From assembly GCA_963754315.1 (NCBI GenBank), contig CAVWFS010000019.1:256001-320000 (forward strand): DNA of 64,000 nt, in the 5' to 3' direction. Below, one piece after another: positions 50,770 through 61,095 of this stretch. The translations under genes and the position numbers were made by a program. Below the pieces are notes generated by a model, which was not told the DNA's origin, made no database searches, and saw only the letters and a program-made list of their open reading frames with translations. Source of the stretch: an uncultured Candidatus Rokubacteria bacterium. GTDB taxonomy: Bacteria; Methylomirabilota; Methylomirabilia; Rokubacteriales; CSP1-6. How positions within the stretch are numbered: the stretch's first letter is position 1; every line of letters begins with the position of its first letter.

Positions 50770-51870
50770 ATGAGCGTCGGGAGCTGCGGATGTGAGGTGG
50801 CGGGGGGCCGGCGGGCCTTCCTTGCCTCGCTGTTCGGGGCGGTCATGACGGCGTGCGCTGGGCCCACCGCCGAGGGGATAGCGCGCCGCCAGGCGACCAT
50901 CACCGCTCAGGCCCACGAAGCGGTAGGCGGCCCCGTCATCGACCTGCACGCCCATCCCGGGGCCTTCGCGCGGGCCCGCACCGGCCACCTACCGCTCACC
51001 GCGCTCAACGACATGGAGGCCGGCGGGGTGGAAACGGCGTTCTTCGCCGCGGTGGGAGACGGGCTGGTGATCCGACGTGAGGCCACCCGCATTCAGAACT
51101 TTCGCGATCCTGTTCCCGGAGAGCTCTACGTCTCGACCGTCGGCCAGCTCGAACGAGTCCGCGCCCGCGCGCGCGAGGACAGGCTCCGCCTGGTGCTGTC
51201 ACCCGGTGACGTGATGGCAGCGCGGGCAGCCGGGCAGCGCGGCGCTCTGCTCGCCGTCGAGGGCGGTGACCCCTTGGAGGGGCAGGTGCAACGCGTGCGC
51301 GACCTGCACGCGCTCGGTGTGCGCTCGATCCAGCTGGTGCACTACCGAATCAACGAGCTTGGGGACATTCAGACAGAGCCGGCACAGCACGGAGGCCTCA
51401 CCGCACTCGGGGCCGATGTGGTCGCCGAGATGAACCGGCTCGGCCTGATCGTGGATGGCGCCCACGCCTCTCGGGCGACCCTGCTCGGCATTCTCGATGT
51501 TTCGCGGACGCCGATCATCGTTTCCCATACAGGTCCGGCTTCCCTCCGCAGTCTAGCGCGCCACCTAGACGACGACTTGCTCCGTGCGGTGGCCGCCAAG
51601 GGCGGGGTGATCGGTGTGTGGCCACTGAGCCAGACCGGGCAAGCCACGACCTTCTTCGACGAGATCGCCTATGTACGCGCGGTGGTCGGGATCGAGGCCG
51701 TCGGCATCGGGACGGACATGGCTGGTCTAGCGAGCTTCACGTCCATTCCTACCTACCGCGAGTTTGCGACGGTGCCGGCCGCCCTGCTTGCCCGCGGCTT
51801 CTCGGAAGCGGATCTACGCAAGCTCCTTGGAGCGAACGTACAGAGGGTCTTCGACGCCGCCGCGCGCTGA
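50770..51870 (+). CDS. M19 membrane dipeptidase-like amidohydrolase, Tat-type signal
   Basis: GRRAFL...[41 protein letters not shown]. Confidence 0.85.
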   Translation: MSVGSCGCEVAGGRRAFLASLFGAVMTACAGPTAEGIARRQATITAQAHEAVGGPVIDLHAHPGAFARARTGHLPLTALNDMEAGGVETAFFAAVGDGLVIRREATRIQNFRDPVPGELYVSTVGQLERVRARAREDRLRLVLSPGDVMAARAAGQRGALLAVEGGDPLEGQVQRVRDLHALGVRSIQLVHYRINELGDIQTEPAQHGGLTALGADVVAEMNRLGLIVDGAHASRATLLGILDVSRTPIIVSHTGPASLRSLARHLDDDLLRAVAAKGGVIGVWPLSQTGQATTFFDEIAYVRAVVGIEAVGIGTDMAGLASFTSIPTYREFATVPAALLARGFSEADLRKLLGANVQRVFDAAAR

Positions 51871-52113
51871 CCAGCCGGCCCGAGCCGAGCCACCCCGGGC
51901 TCGAGACGTGGCGGCTCTGACAGACTCAGCGGCATCCGGCGTCGGCCTGCCCGTCGCGCGGCCGATGTGAGTCAAGGCAAGACCGAGCACGGTGCGCAGT
52001 GGCTGACGCCGTGGTGTCAACGTGGCTGCCAGCGTCATCCGGCGGGTCTGCGTCCGGATATCATCGAGGCGTTGACGGATGAGGTTGCCGAGAACCCAGT
52101 CGTTCATGTCCAT
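51814..52113 (-). CDS. Small hypothetical protein
   Basis: MDMNDWVLGNLIRQRLDDIR...; purine-rich SD-like run upstream; its 3' end overlaps the dipeptidase gene. Confidence 0.5.
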   Translation of the reverse strand: MDMNDWVLGNLIRQRLDDIRTQTRRMTLAATLTPRRQPLRTVLGLALTHIGRATGRPTPDAAESVRAATSRARGGSARAGWSARGGVEDPLYVRSKELA

Positions 52114-52117
52114 CCTT

Positions 52118-52291
52118 TCACCTTCCCTCCGCCGTGCTCGATACGAGCCCACGTCCCCGGAGGCCGCGCCCAGCCCTCGCGCCACCGATGGCGCGAACGA
52201 GGCCCCCCAGAGTGGCGGCCGCCGCCAGGCTCGCGACCGTCATGAGCATCAGTCCAACCACGAACAACATGCGCAGCTCGATCGCTGTCAT
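52118..52291 (-). CDS. 57-aa single-TM small protein (not in the ORF track)
   Basis: GGGAGG SD; MTAIELRMLFVVGLMLMTVASLAAAATLGGLVRAIGG...; stop 4 nt before the next ATG. Confidence 0.55.
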   Translation of the reverse strand: MTAIELRMLFVVGLMLMTVASLAAAATLGGLVRAIGGARAGRGLRGRGLVSSTAEGR

Positions 52292-52375
52292 CTCGTTTCC
52301 TCCCTCTCACCGGTATGACCCCGGGCCAGCGGTGGTGTGAAATACTGTGTGGCGGACACGATCCGAGGGTTACGC

Positions 52376-53851
52376 ATGAATCAGGAGACGTCGCTCGGGA
52401 TGCTGATCGGCCGGCTCGCGCAGGCCCAGCCGGACCGGACGGCCATCACGTGTGCGGACGATAGCGTCTCGAGGGCCGAGCTGGAGGCGCGGACGAACCG
52501 CCTGGCTCGAGCCTATGGCGCGCTGGGCGTCACGCGCGATTCGTTCGTCACCATCGCCCTCTCCAACAGCATCGGCTTCTTCGAGGCGACCATCGCCGCC
52601 TGGAAGCTGGGCGCCACCCCCCAGCCGATCTCATCAAGCCTGCCCCTGGCCGAGCGCCGTGCCATCACCGAACTCGCGAATCCCTCGCTCGTGGTCGGGA
52701 TCGACCCGTCAGAAGCGCCCGGCCGCCCGTGTGTCCCTGCCGGCTTCACGCCCGACAGATCAATATCGCCGGATCCGCTACCGGCTCTCATTGCTCAGTC
52801 GTTCAAGGCGCCGACGTCTGGGGGAAGCACGGGACGCCCGAAGCTCATCGTCTCCACGCAGCGTGCTGCCTGGGAGCCGATCGCTGGATTTGCCGACTTG
52901 CTGCGGATTCCCCAGGGCGGCGTGCACCTGGTGACCGGCCCCCTCTACCACAACGGCCCCTTCACCACGTCTGTTCTGGCTCTGCTGAACGGCAACCACC
53001 TGGTCGTGATGCCACGCTTCGACGCGGCCCTCGCGTTGGCTCTCATCGAGCAGCACCGCGTGGACTGGATGTACGCGGTGCCAACGATGATGCACCGGAT
53101 CTGGCGACTGCCCGCCGCCGAGCGGTCGCGGTTCGACCTGTCGAGCCTGCGTGTTGTCTTTCACATGGCGGCTCCCTGCCCGGTCTGGCTCAAGGAGGCC
53201 TGGATCGGGTGGCTCGGGGGGGATCGCGTCCTCGAGCTGTACGGCGGAACAGAAGCCCAGGCGATCACCGTCATTTCCGGAAACGAATGGCTCGAGCACC
53301 GCGGTTCGGTTGGACGGGTCATCCTCGGCGAGATGCAGGTGCTCGATCCGGACGGCCACGAGCTGCCCCCCGGGCAGCTCGGCGAGATTTGGATGCGCCG
53401 CGGCACGGATGCGCCGGCCCCCTATCGATACGTCGGCGCCCTTGCGAAATCGCGATCAGGCCACTGGGAGTCGCTCGGCGACATGGGTCGCAAGGACGAG
53501 CAGGGTTACCTCTACCTCAGCGACCGGGATACCGACATGATCCTGGTCGGCGGCGCCAACGTCTATCCGGCCGAGGTGGAGGCGGCGCTCGACGAGCATC
53601 CTCAGGTCGCCTCGTCGTGCGTGATCGGGCTGCCCGACGAGGATTACGGTAACGTCGTGCACGCGATCGTGCAGACGCGAGACCCCCTCACCGCCTCGGA
53701 GCTCGAGGCGTTCCTGCGCTCGCGCCTGGCAAAGTACAAGGTCCCACGCACGTACGAGTTCGTGAGCACGCCGTTGCGTGGCGACGACGGGAAGGTCCGC
53801 CGCTCCTCGCTGCGTGCCGCACGCGCGCCACGAACGCGTGCGGGGCGATGA
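52376..53851 (+). CDS. AMP-binding acyl-CoA ligase (BaiB/FadD-like)
   Basis: TSGGSTGRPK, GPLYHNGP, YGGTE, SLGDMG, GGANVYPAEVE, KYKVPR, GKVRR. Confidence 0.9.
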   Translation: MNQETSLGMLIGRLAQAQPDRTAITCADDSVSRAELEARTNRLARAYGALGVTRDSFVTIALSNSIGFFEATIAAWKLGATPQPISSSLPLAERRAITELANPSLVVGIDPSEAPGRPCVPAGFTPDRSISPDPLPALIAQSFKAPTSGGSTGRPKLIVSTQRAAWEPIAGFADLLRIPQGGVHLVTGPLYHNGPFTTSVLALLNGNHLVVMPRFDAALALALIEQHRVDWMYAVPTMMHRIWRLPAAERSRFDLSSLRVVFHMAAPCPVWLKEAWIGWLGGDRVLELYGGTEAQAITVISGNEWLEHRGSVGRVILGEMQVLDPDGHELPPGQLGEIWMRRGTDAPAPYRYVGALAKSRSGHWESLGDMGRKDEQGYLYLSDRDTDMILVGGANVYPAEVEAALDEHPQVASSCVIGLPDEDYGNVVHAIVQTRDPLTASELEAFLRSRLAKYKVPRTYEFVSTPLRGDDGKVRRSSLRAARAPRTRAGR

Positions 53852-53911
53852 CAGTCAGGCGCTACCTCTCCGTCCGGCCGAGAACCAAACTGCCACCTAT
53901 CGAGCCCTGAG

Positions 53912-54175
53912 ATGAGCAAGCTCCGCCTTCTTCTTCGCGCGGGGGCCCGCCAGAACGTCCGCTTCGATGGAGAGACGCCGTTAATCTACGCCGCTCGTCT
54001 CGCCCGAGAGGAAGCCGTCCTCCAGCTGGTGGCCGCCGGCGCTGACGTCACGGCTCGGGATACAAAGGGGCGTACCGCGGTCGAGCACGCGCGGTCGAAA
54101 CGCCTGTCGATGGAGGTTCTGGCCGCCCTGGGCGAGCCCGGCTTGCGCAAGCGGACGCGCTGCCGCCGCGCCTGA
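53912..54175 (+). CDS. Short ankyrin-repeat protein, possibly a fragment
   Basis: GETPLIYAA...LVAAGADVTARDTKGRTAVEHA. Confidence 0.65.
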   Translation: MSKLRLLLRAGARQNVRFDGETPLIYAARLAREEAVLQLVAAGADVTARDTKGRTAVEHARSKRLSMEVLAALGEPGLRKRTRCRRA

Positions 54176-54194
54176 GGCCGCGGCGGGCGGCAGA

Positions 54195-56595
54195 CTAGTA
54201 CGCGACGATGGGCAGGGCCGGAGCGCGCTCGGCGGGCGCTGCCTCCAGCGCCCAGCCGAGCACGTCTTCCACCGAATCGGCAAGTTTGAAGGTCATCACC
54301 TCTTGCACTGCGGGCGGGATGTCCTCGAGGAGGTTCTTCTCGTTCCGCTTCGGGAGGATGACCGTCCGCAGGCCGGCGCGATGGGCGGCCAGCACCTTCT
54401 CTTTGATGCCACCCACAGGCAGGACCCGTCCGGATAGGCTCACTTCACCGGTCATGGCGAGCCCGCCACGCACGGGTCGTCCGGTGAGCAACGAAACCAG
54501 GGCCGTGGTCATGGTGACACCGGCCGAAGGGCCGTCTTTGGGGATAGCGCCCGCCGGAACATGCACGTGGACGTCCGACTTCTCCCAGAAGTCGGAGGCA
54601 ATTCCGAGCGCGTCGGCGTGCGAGCGCACCCAGGACAGGGCGGCCTGCACCGATTCCTTCATGACGTCGCCCAACTGACCCGTCAGGGTGAGCGTACGCT
54701 TGCCATCCATGCGGCTAGCCTCGACGAAGAGCACGTCACCGCCGGCCGGCGTCCACGCAAGACCGACAACCACGCCCGGCACCCTGGTCCGCTCCTCCAC
54801 CTCCTCCAGCTCGAAGCGGGGCACACCGAGGAAGGTGGTGACGGTGTCGGGGGTCACCGTGACCGGTTCCGTGCGTCCCTCCGCCCACTGCCGCGCCACC
54901 TTGCGACAGACGCTAGCAACCTCGCGCTCGAGGTTCCGCACGCCCGCCTCGCGCGTATAGCCGCGCGCCAGCAAGCGCAGCGCCCCGGGTACGAAGGTGA
55001 TGCTCTCCCCTGCCACCAGCCCATGCTCGCTGCGCCTGCTTCGGCACCAGGTGCTTCTGGGCAATGGCGATCTTCTCCTCTTCGGTGTAGCCAGCCAGAG
55101 GGATGACCTCCATGCGGTCGCGCAGCGGAGGCGGGACCGCATCGATCACGTTGGCCGTGGTGATGAAGAGCACGCGCGACAGATCGAAGGCGACGTCGAG
55201 GTAGTGGTCCCGGAACGCCGCGTTCTGCTCGGGATCGAGCACCTCGAGCAGGGCGGAGGCGGGATCGCCCCGGAAGTCCATGCCGAGCTTGTCAATCTCA
55301 TCCAGCATGAACACGGCATTCTTGGAACCAGCCCGACGCAGACCTTGAATGACCTGCCCGGGCAGGGCGCCGATGTACGTCCGCCGATGGCCGCGGATCT
55401 CGGCCTCGTCTCGCATGCCGCCGAGCGAGATTCGATGGAACTTTCGGCCCATGGCCCGCGCGATGGAGCGGCCGAGGGAGGTTTTGCCGACACCTGGAGG
55501 TCCCACGAAGCAGAGGATGGGGTCCTTACCGTCGGGCTTCATCTTCCTCACCGCGAGGTACTCGAGGATGCGATCCTTGATCTTCTCCAGGCCCTCGTGG
55601 TCCTCGTCGAGGATCGCGCGCGCCGCCGCCAGATCGACGGCAGGCACCGGCTCATCCTTCCAGGGCATGGCGATGAGCCAGTCGAGATACGTGCGGGCCA
55701 CCGTGTACTCGGCGGCGGCAGGCGGCATCTTGGCCAGCCGATCCAGCTCACGAAGGGCCTCGGTCTTCGCCTCTTCGGTCATGCCGGCGGCGTCGATCTT
55801 CTCGCGTAGGCCATCGATCTCCTGGGTGCGGTCGTCACCTGAGCCGAGTTCCTTCTGTATGGCTTTGAGTTGCTCGCGCAAGTAGTACTCGCGCTGGCTC
55901 TTCGTCATCTCCGAGTGCACTTCGGACTGAATCTTCGAGCCGAGCTCGAGGACCTCCGCCTCCTTGCTGAGGGCGCCTACGACCTTCTGCAACCGCTCCT
56001 TGACGTTCAGGGTCTCCAGCAGCTCTTGCTTGAGCGACAACGCGAGTGCCGGCAGGGTGGCCGCCACCAGGTCGGCCAGGACGCTTGGGCTGGCGGCGGC
56101 ATTCTCCGTCACCGCGGCCAGCTCATCGGGCAAGGTGGGCGAGAGCGAGACGACCTTCTCGAACAGCGTGCTCGCGCTGCGCATGAGGGCCTGGGTCTCG
56201 AGATCGGAAGCGTCGTCGCCGGTCTCGGCGATGACCTCCACCCGCGCCCGCAGGAACGGTGTCTGTTCGACCAGCTCGACGACCCGGAACCGACCCAGCC
56301 CTTGCACGACCAGGCGCACGGTGCCGTCCTGCTGCTTGAGGACCTTGTGGATGACGGCAAAGGTGCCCACGCGATGGAGGCCTTCCAGGGTGGGCGCATC
56401 CTCGGCGGGATCGCGCTGCATGAGCGTGCCGATCAGCCGTCCCCCCTGCACGGCATCCTCGATGAGCCGCACTGAGGAAGCACGACCAGCCGCCAGAGGC
56501 ATGACCGCCTGCGGAAACAGCACGCTCCCCCGCAGGGGAAGAATGCCGAGAATGTCGGGAACCTTCATCTCACGTTCACGCTTGTCGTCAGCCAT
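54195..56595 (-). CDS. lon: ATP-dependent Lon protease; +1 frameshift ~55031
   Basis: LPLRGSVLFP, QREYYLREQ, GPPGVGKTS, LDEIDK; after the shift REAGVRNLER, PKDGPSAG, VGGIKEK. Confidence 0.93.
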
Positions 56596-56613
56596 GGTGT
56601 CCTTTGTCTTTCG

Positions 56614-57000
56614 TCAGAACAGATCCACCGGCTGTAGCTGGCCGGAGGCGGCCTTGACGAGCGACTCCCGCGACTCGCGGGCTCCGCCCTTCTCCACGTC
56701 GGTGTCCGTCTCGTGCACGTACGTCACGAGATCCTGGATCTGCTTCTGCATATCGACCATCCGGCGTCTCATCTTTAGGATGATCTCCACGCCGGCCAGA
56801 TTCACTCCGAGGTCCCGCGTGAGGCGCAGCAAACGGGCCAGATCCTCCACATCCTCCTGGGAGTACATCCGGGTCCGCCCCACGCTTCGGCTCGGACGCA
56901 AGAGCCCCTTCTTCTCGTAGAAGCGCAGGGTCTGCGGGTGCACCTTCAGCATGTCGGCCACCACGCCGATCATGTAGAGTGGGCGGCTCCGGCTCGTCAC
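56614..57000 (-). CDS. hspR: MerR-family heat-shock repressor (HspR-like)
   Basis: YMIGVVADML.VHPQTLR.YE..GLL.PSRS, LGVNLAGVEIIL; follows dnaK-dnaJ. Confidence 0.85.
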   Translation of the reverse strand: MTSRSRPLYMIGVVADMLKVHPQTLRFYEKKGLLRPSRSVGRTRMYSQEDVEDLARLLRLTRDLGVNLAGVEIILKMRRRMVDMQKQIQDLVTYVHETDTDVEKGGARESRESLVKAASGQLQPVDLF

Positions 57001-57881
57001 TGCGCCCCGCCTTTGTACAGCGCCAGATCCTGGCGGGGTGTCATGGGAATGAGCCGCTCCAGATCGCGCACGAGCTCGTCTGTCCGTGCGTCGATTCCGC
57101 GCGGCATCTCCACGCGTACCGTGACGTAGAGGTCGCCCGGGCCCTCTCCCGTCAGACGCAGCAGACCTTGACCGCGCAGCCGGAAGACCTGACCGGATGC
57201 CGTTCCCGGTGGTACCACGACGACACTCTCACCGGTGGGGGTAGGAAGGGTGATGCGGGCGCCGCGAAGGGCCTCCCACACACTGATGGGAACCTCGCAG
57301 TGCACGCTGTCACCCTTGCGCGCGAAGAACGGATGCTCGCGCACACGCGTGCTGACCAGCAAATCGCCCCGCGGCCCGCCGAAGGGCCCCGCATGTCCTT
57401 CGCCGGGTACGCGCAACTGGGCGCCCGAATCGACCCCGGCCGGGATGGTCACGGTGAGCCGCTCGGTCGTGCGCCGCACGCCTCGTCCCTGGCACAGGGC
57501 GCAGCGCTGGCCCTCAACGTTGCCGGTGGCCCCGCACTCGACGCAGTCGGAAAAACGGGTGACGATCAGGGTGGGCTGCGCCCCGCCCGCCGCCTCCGCG
57601 AAGCTCAACTCCACCGTCACGTGCAGGTCGTCACCGCGGCGCCCCGCCCCCAGGGCCTCGCCGAGGAGGCTGGCACCGAACTGGTCATAGTGCTCGCGCG
57701 CGCGAGGGTCGCTGAGGATGCGGTAGGCTTCGCGGATCTCGGTGAAGAGACCGCGGGCACTCTCGTCCCACCAGTTCACGTCGGGGGAATACTGCCGCGC
57801 GAGGCGCTGGTACGCCCGGCGCACCTCGCGCGGCCCCGCCGTGGCGGTGATCCCCAGCACGGCGTAGTAGTCACGACGCAT
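56997..57881 (-). CDS. DnaJ-like protein with HPD changed to SPD and a reduced Zn finger
   Basis: [34 protein letters not shown] and [26 protein letters not shown]-terminal domain. Confidence 0.88.
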   Translation of the reverse strand: MRRDYYAVLGITATAGPREVRRAYQRLARQYSPDVNWWDESARGLFTEIREAYRILSDPRAREHYDQFGASLLGEALGAGRRGDDLHVTVELSFAEAAGGAQPTLIVTRFSDCVECGATGNVEGQRCALCQGRGVRRTTERLTVTIPAGVDSGAQLRVPGEGHAGPFGGPRGDLLVSTRVREHPFFARKGDSVHCEVPISVWEALRGARITLPTPTGESVVVVPPGTASGQVFRLRGQGLLRLTGEGPGDLYVTVRVEMPRGIDARTDELVRDLERLIPMTPRQDLALYKGGAQ

Positions 57882-57884
57882 GGT

Positions 57885-59786
57885 TTACTTCTTGTCGCCC
57901 AAGTCCTCGAACTCGGCATCAACCACCTCGCCCTCCTTGGTCCCTCCGGGCGAGCCGCCGTCTTTCTTGTCCCCACCCTGCTGGGCCTGGGCCTCGCGAT
58001 ACATGATCTCCGCCAGCTTGTGGGAGGCCTGGGTGAGCGCTTGCTGGGCGCGCTTCATCCGCTCGACATCCTCGCTCTTCAACGCCTCGCGGGCCTCGGT
58101 CAGGGCATCGTCGACGGCCTTGCGGTCGGCGTCGGCCAGCTTGGACCCATGCTCACCGAGCGTCCGCTCGGTGGAGTACACCAGCGAGTCGGTCTGGTTG
58201 CGGACCTCGATCTCCTCCTTGTGCTTGGCATCGTCGGCCGCGTTCGCCTCCGCCTCGCGCACCATCTTCTCGACCTCGTCCTTGGTGAGGCCCGAGGAGG
58301 CGGTAATGGTGATGTTCTGCTGCTTGCCGGTGGCGTTGTCCTTGGCCGAGACGTTCAGGATGCCGTTGGCGTCGATGTCGAACGTCACCTCCACCTGCGG
58401 CATGCCGCGCGGAGCCGGCGGGATCCCCACCAGGTGGAATTTGCCAAGGGTGCGGTTGTCGCGCGCCATGGGCCGCTCGCCCTGGAGCACGTGCACCTCG
58501 ACCGAGGTCTGGCTGTCGGCGGCGGTGGTGAAGATCTCGCTCTTCTTCGTGGGGATCGTCGTGTTGCGGGTGATAAGCGGAGTCATCACGCCGCCCAAGG
58601 TCTCGATGCCCAGCGAGAGCGGGGTCACGTCAAGGAGGAGCAGGTCCTTCACTTCGCCCGTCAACACCGCGCCCTGCACGGCCGCCCCGACCGCCACCAC
58701 CTCGTCCGGGTTCACCCCCTTGTGAGGCTCCTTGCCGAACAGGGCCTTCACAGCCTCCTGCACCTTCGGCATGCGGATCTGCCCGCCGACGAGGATCACC
58801 TCGTCGATATCGCCGGGCGAGACGCCGGCGTCCTTCATGGCCTGGCGGCAGGGGCCGAGTGTGCGCTCTACCAGCTCGGCGGTAAGGGCCTCCAGCTTCG
58901 CGCGGGTCAACGTCATCACCAGGTGCTTGGGGCCACTGGCGTCGGCCGTGATGAAGGGCAGGTTGATCTCCGTTTGCACGGTGGTCGACAGCTCGCACTT
59001 GGCCTTCTCGGCCGCCTCCTTCAGGCGCTGGAGGGCCATGCGGTCCTTACGCAGATCGACACCGTTGTCCTTCTTGAACTCGTCAGCAATCCAGTCCATG
59101 ACCTGTTGGTCGAAGTCGTCACCGCCGAGGTGGGTGTCGCCGTTGGTAGCCTTGACCTCGAAGACCCCCTCGCCGATCTCCAGGATGGAGATGTCGAAGG
59201 TGCCGCCGCCCAGGTCGTACACTGCGATGGTCTCGTCCTTCTTCTTGTCGAGCCCGTAGGCGAGGGCAGCGGCGGTGGGCTCGTTGATGATGCGCAGGAC
59301 TTCCAGACCGGCGATCTTACCCGCGTCCTTGGTGGCCTGCCGCTGGCTGTCGTTGAAGTAGGCGGGCACGGTGATGACCGCCTGGGCCACCTTCTCCCCG
59401 AGGTACGCCTCGGCCGCCTCTTTCAGCTTGCGCAGGATCATGGCTGAGATCTCGGGTGGCGAAAATTGCTTGCCACGCACTTCAACCCGGGCGTCGCCAT
59501 TGCTCGCCTTGACGACCTTGTAGGGGACGAGTTTGGTCTCCTGCAGGACCTCGTCGTGCCGGCGGCCCATGAACCGCTTGATGGAAAAGACGGTGTTTTC
59601 GGGGTTCGTGATCGCCTGCCGCTTCGCGACCTGGCCTACCAACGTCTCGCCGTCCTTGGTGAACCCGACCACCGACGGGGTGAGCCGACTCCCTTCCTGG
59701 TTCGTGATGACCGACGGGTTGCCGCCCTCCACCACCGCGACGACGGAGTTCGTCGTCCCGAGATCGATTCCAATCACCTTTGCCAT
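57885..59786 (-). CDS. dnaK: Chaperone DnaK
   Basis: [49 protein letters not shown]. Confidence 0.97.
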   Translation of the reverse strand: MAKVIGIDLGTTNSVVAVVEGGNPSVITNQEGSRLTPSVVGFTKDGETLVGQVAKRQAITNPENTVFSIKRFMGRRHDEVLQETKLVPYKVVKASNGDARVEVRGKQFSPPEISAMILRKLKEAAEAYLGEKVAQAVITVPAYFNDSQRQATKDAGKIAGLEVLRIINEPTAAALAYGLDKKKDETIAVYDLGGGTFDISILEIGEGVFEVKATNGDTHLGGDDFDQQVMDWIADEFKKDNGVDLRKDRMALQRLKEAAEKAKCELSTTVQTEINLPFITADASGPKHLVMTLTRAKLEALTAELVERTLGPCRQAMKDAGVSPGDIDEVILVGGQIRMPKVQEAVKALFGKEPHKGVNPDEVVAVGAAVQGAVLTGEVKDLLLLDVTPLSLGIETLGGVMTPLITRNTTIPTKKSEIFTTAADSQTSVEVHVLQGERPMARDNRTLGKFHLVGIPPAPRGMPQVEVTFDIDANGILNVSAKDNATGKQQNITITASSGLTKDEVEKMVREAEANAADDAKHKEEIEVRNQTDSLVYSTERTLGEHGSKLADADRKAVDDALTEAREALKSEDVERMKRAQQALTQASHKLAEIMYREAQAQQGGDKKDGGSPGGTKEGEVVDAEFEDLGDKK

Positions 59787-59830
59787 TTCAGACTCCCTTC
59801 CCTCGTGATATCCGACCCCTGTGCCACTCT

Positions 59831-59874
59831 CTTGAGCGTAGTATGTATATATCAGGTTAGTGTACTCATGTCAA
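59831..59874 (-). promoter_or_regulatory. dnaK promoter TTGACA-N17-TATATA overlapped by degenerate HAIR-like half-sites
   Basis: Plus strand reads TGTCAA at 59869-59874 and TATATA at 59846-59851; CTTGAGC 59831-59837 and ACTCATG 59864-59870 each match a HAIR half-site (CTTGAGT/ACTCAAG) at 6/7. Confidence 0.6.
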
Positions 59875-59945
59875 AGTAGAGGCGTAAGTAGCTCTTTTGA
59901 ATGGCGTTTTGGACGCACACTTCGGGGGGTGCTAGGGTAGCCGGG

Positions 59946-60611
59946 ATGAGACTTGGCTGTGGAGGGTGCCTGGGGACTCTGCTGTTCCTTGCCGTCTTGG
60001 GAGGGGGCGCTCTTGCCGTGATGTGGGCTGCTTCGCGCGCCATGGCGCCCCCTGAAACCGCCCCTTTACAGGGGACGGCGGAGGATGGGGTTCGGGCACA
60101 GCAGAAGTTCGTCGCGATCATGCGGGCTGGGATCGGCAAGCCTCGGGGCGAGCGAGCACCCCAGGAGCACGTCCTGTCGGAGGCCGAGATTAACGCGTTC
60201 CTGAACCGCCATCTGGGCGCCATCGGGGGCGTGCCGTTCGATCAGCTTGCGGTCCGCCTGGTGGGAGAAGGGATCGTCGAGGTCTTCGGCCGAGTTCCGC
60301 TTCGTCGGGCCTTTGGTGAAGGAGTGGCCGGGTTGATCGACTATCTGCCCGACTCGTGGACGACAGCCGTCGTGACCGTCCGGCTACGCGGTCCTCTCCG
60401 GCTCGAGACCGAGACGTCACCAGGACAGCCGAAGACTCTCCGCTTGGAGGTCACCGAGGCCTACGTTGGGCAGCAACAGGTTCCGGTTACAGCGGTCCAG
60501 TGGATGCTGGGGCCGGACGGTCGTCGACTCTTCACGCGGCTCCGGATTCCCCTGTCCGTGGAGAGGGTGACCATCGAGCGGCAGCGCGCCGTGATCCGGA
60601 CATTGTCGTAG
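59946..60611 (+). CDS. Hypothetical membrane-anchored protein
   Basis: MRLGCGGCLG plus a TM segment, LSEAEINAFL; ATG 7 nt after TGcTAGGGT. Confidence 0.7.
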   Translation: MRLGCGGCLGTLLFLAVLGGGALAVMWAASRAMAPPETAPLQGTAEDGVRAQQKFVAIMRAGIGKPRGERAPQEHVLSEAEINAFLNRHLGAIGGVPFDQLAVRLVGEGIVEVFGRVPLRRAFGEGVAGLIDYLPDSWTTAVVTVRLRGPLRLETETSPGQPKTLRLEVTEAYVGQQQVPVTAVQWMLGPDGRRLFTRLRIPLSVERVTIERQRAVIRTLS

Positions 60612-60620
60612 ACTTCTTCC

Positions 60621-61049
60621 TCACGGTTTCGGCTTCGTCGCCGCGACGTACCGGAGCTGGAGATCGTAGATGAGCCCCTCGATGATCTGCGTCTCCCGTT
60701 CGCTCCGGTTCCCCTGCGTTTTCTCGCGCAACAGGACGAGCAGATCGATCACGTCCGCGGCTGCTGCCGGATCCCGTCGTACTTGACCTGTTCCCGGATC
60801 GGGCGCATCGCCGAGGGCAACCACCGCTGAGCTGCCTAGCATCAGGAATAGGTCTTCCAGGCTCCGCTCGCCTGCCGACGGCGGGCGGCGACGCCGCTCG
60901 GGCCCCGGCTCCGGGGCAGGCGGCTGACCGAACGAAGACTCGGCCGGGCCAGGCTGGGCCTCGGGCGCCTGGGGCTCCGGCTCGTCGGCCTCGGCCCGTC
61001 GACGCCGATCGGTCACCTTGAACTCGTCGCCGGGGTCCGCGCCTGCCAT
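60621..61049 (-). CDS. DUF1844 domain protein
   Basis: FKVTDRRR, ALGDAPDP.TG, IDLL.LLREKTQGN, DLQLRYV; SD GGGAGG. Confidence 0.8.
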   Translation of the reverse strand: MAGADPGDEFKVTDRRRRAEADEPEPQAPEAQPGPAESSFGQPPAPEPGPERRRRPPSAGERSLEDLFLMLGSSAVVALGDAPDPGTGQVRRDPAAAADVIDLLVLLREKTQGNRSERETQIIEGLIYDLQLRYVAATKPKP

Positions 61050-61095
61050 CCCAATCCTCCCTGGTGCTGTATAATCGCATGCCTCAGGGTCCACG

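Noticed and set aside
56979..59447. Long antisense ORFs (822 aa opposite dnaK; others opposite carB, comM, pilB)
   Set aside because: Shadow ORFs caused by high-GC codon bias; no protein motifs
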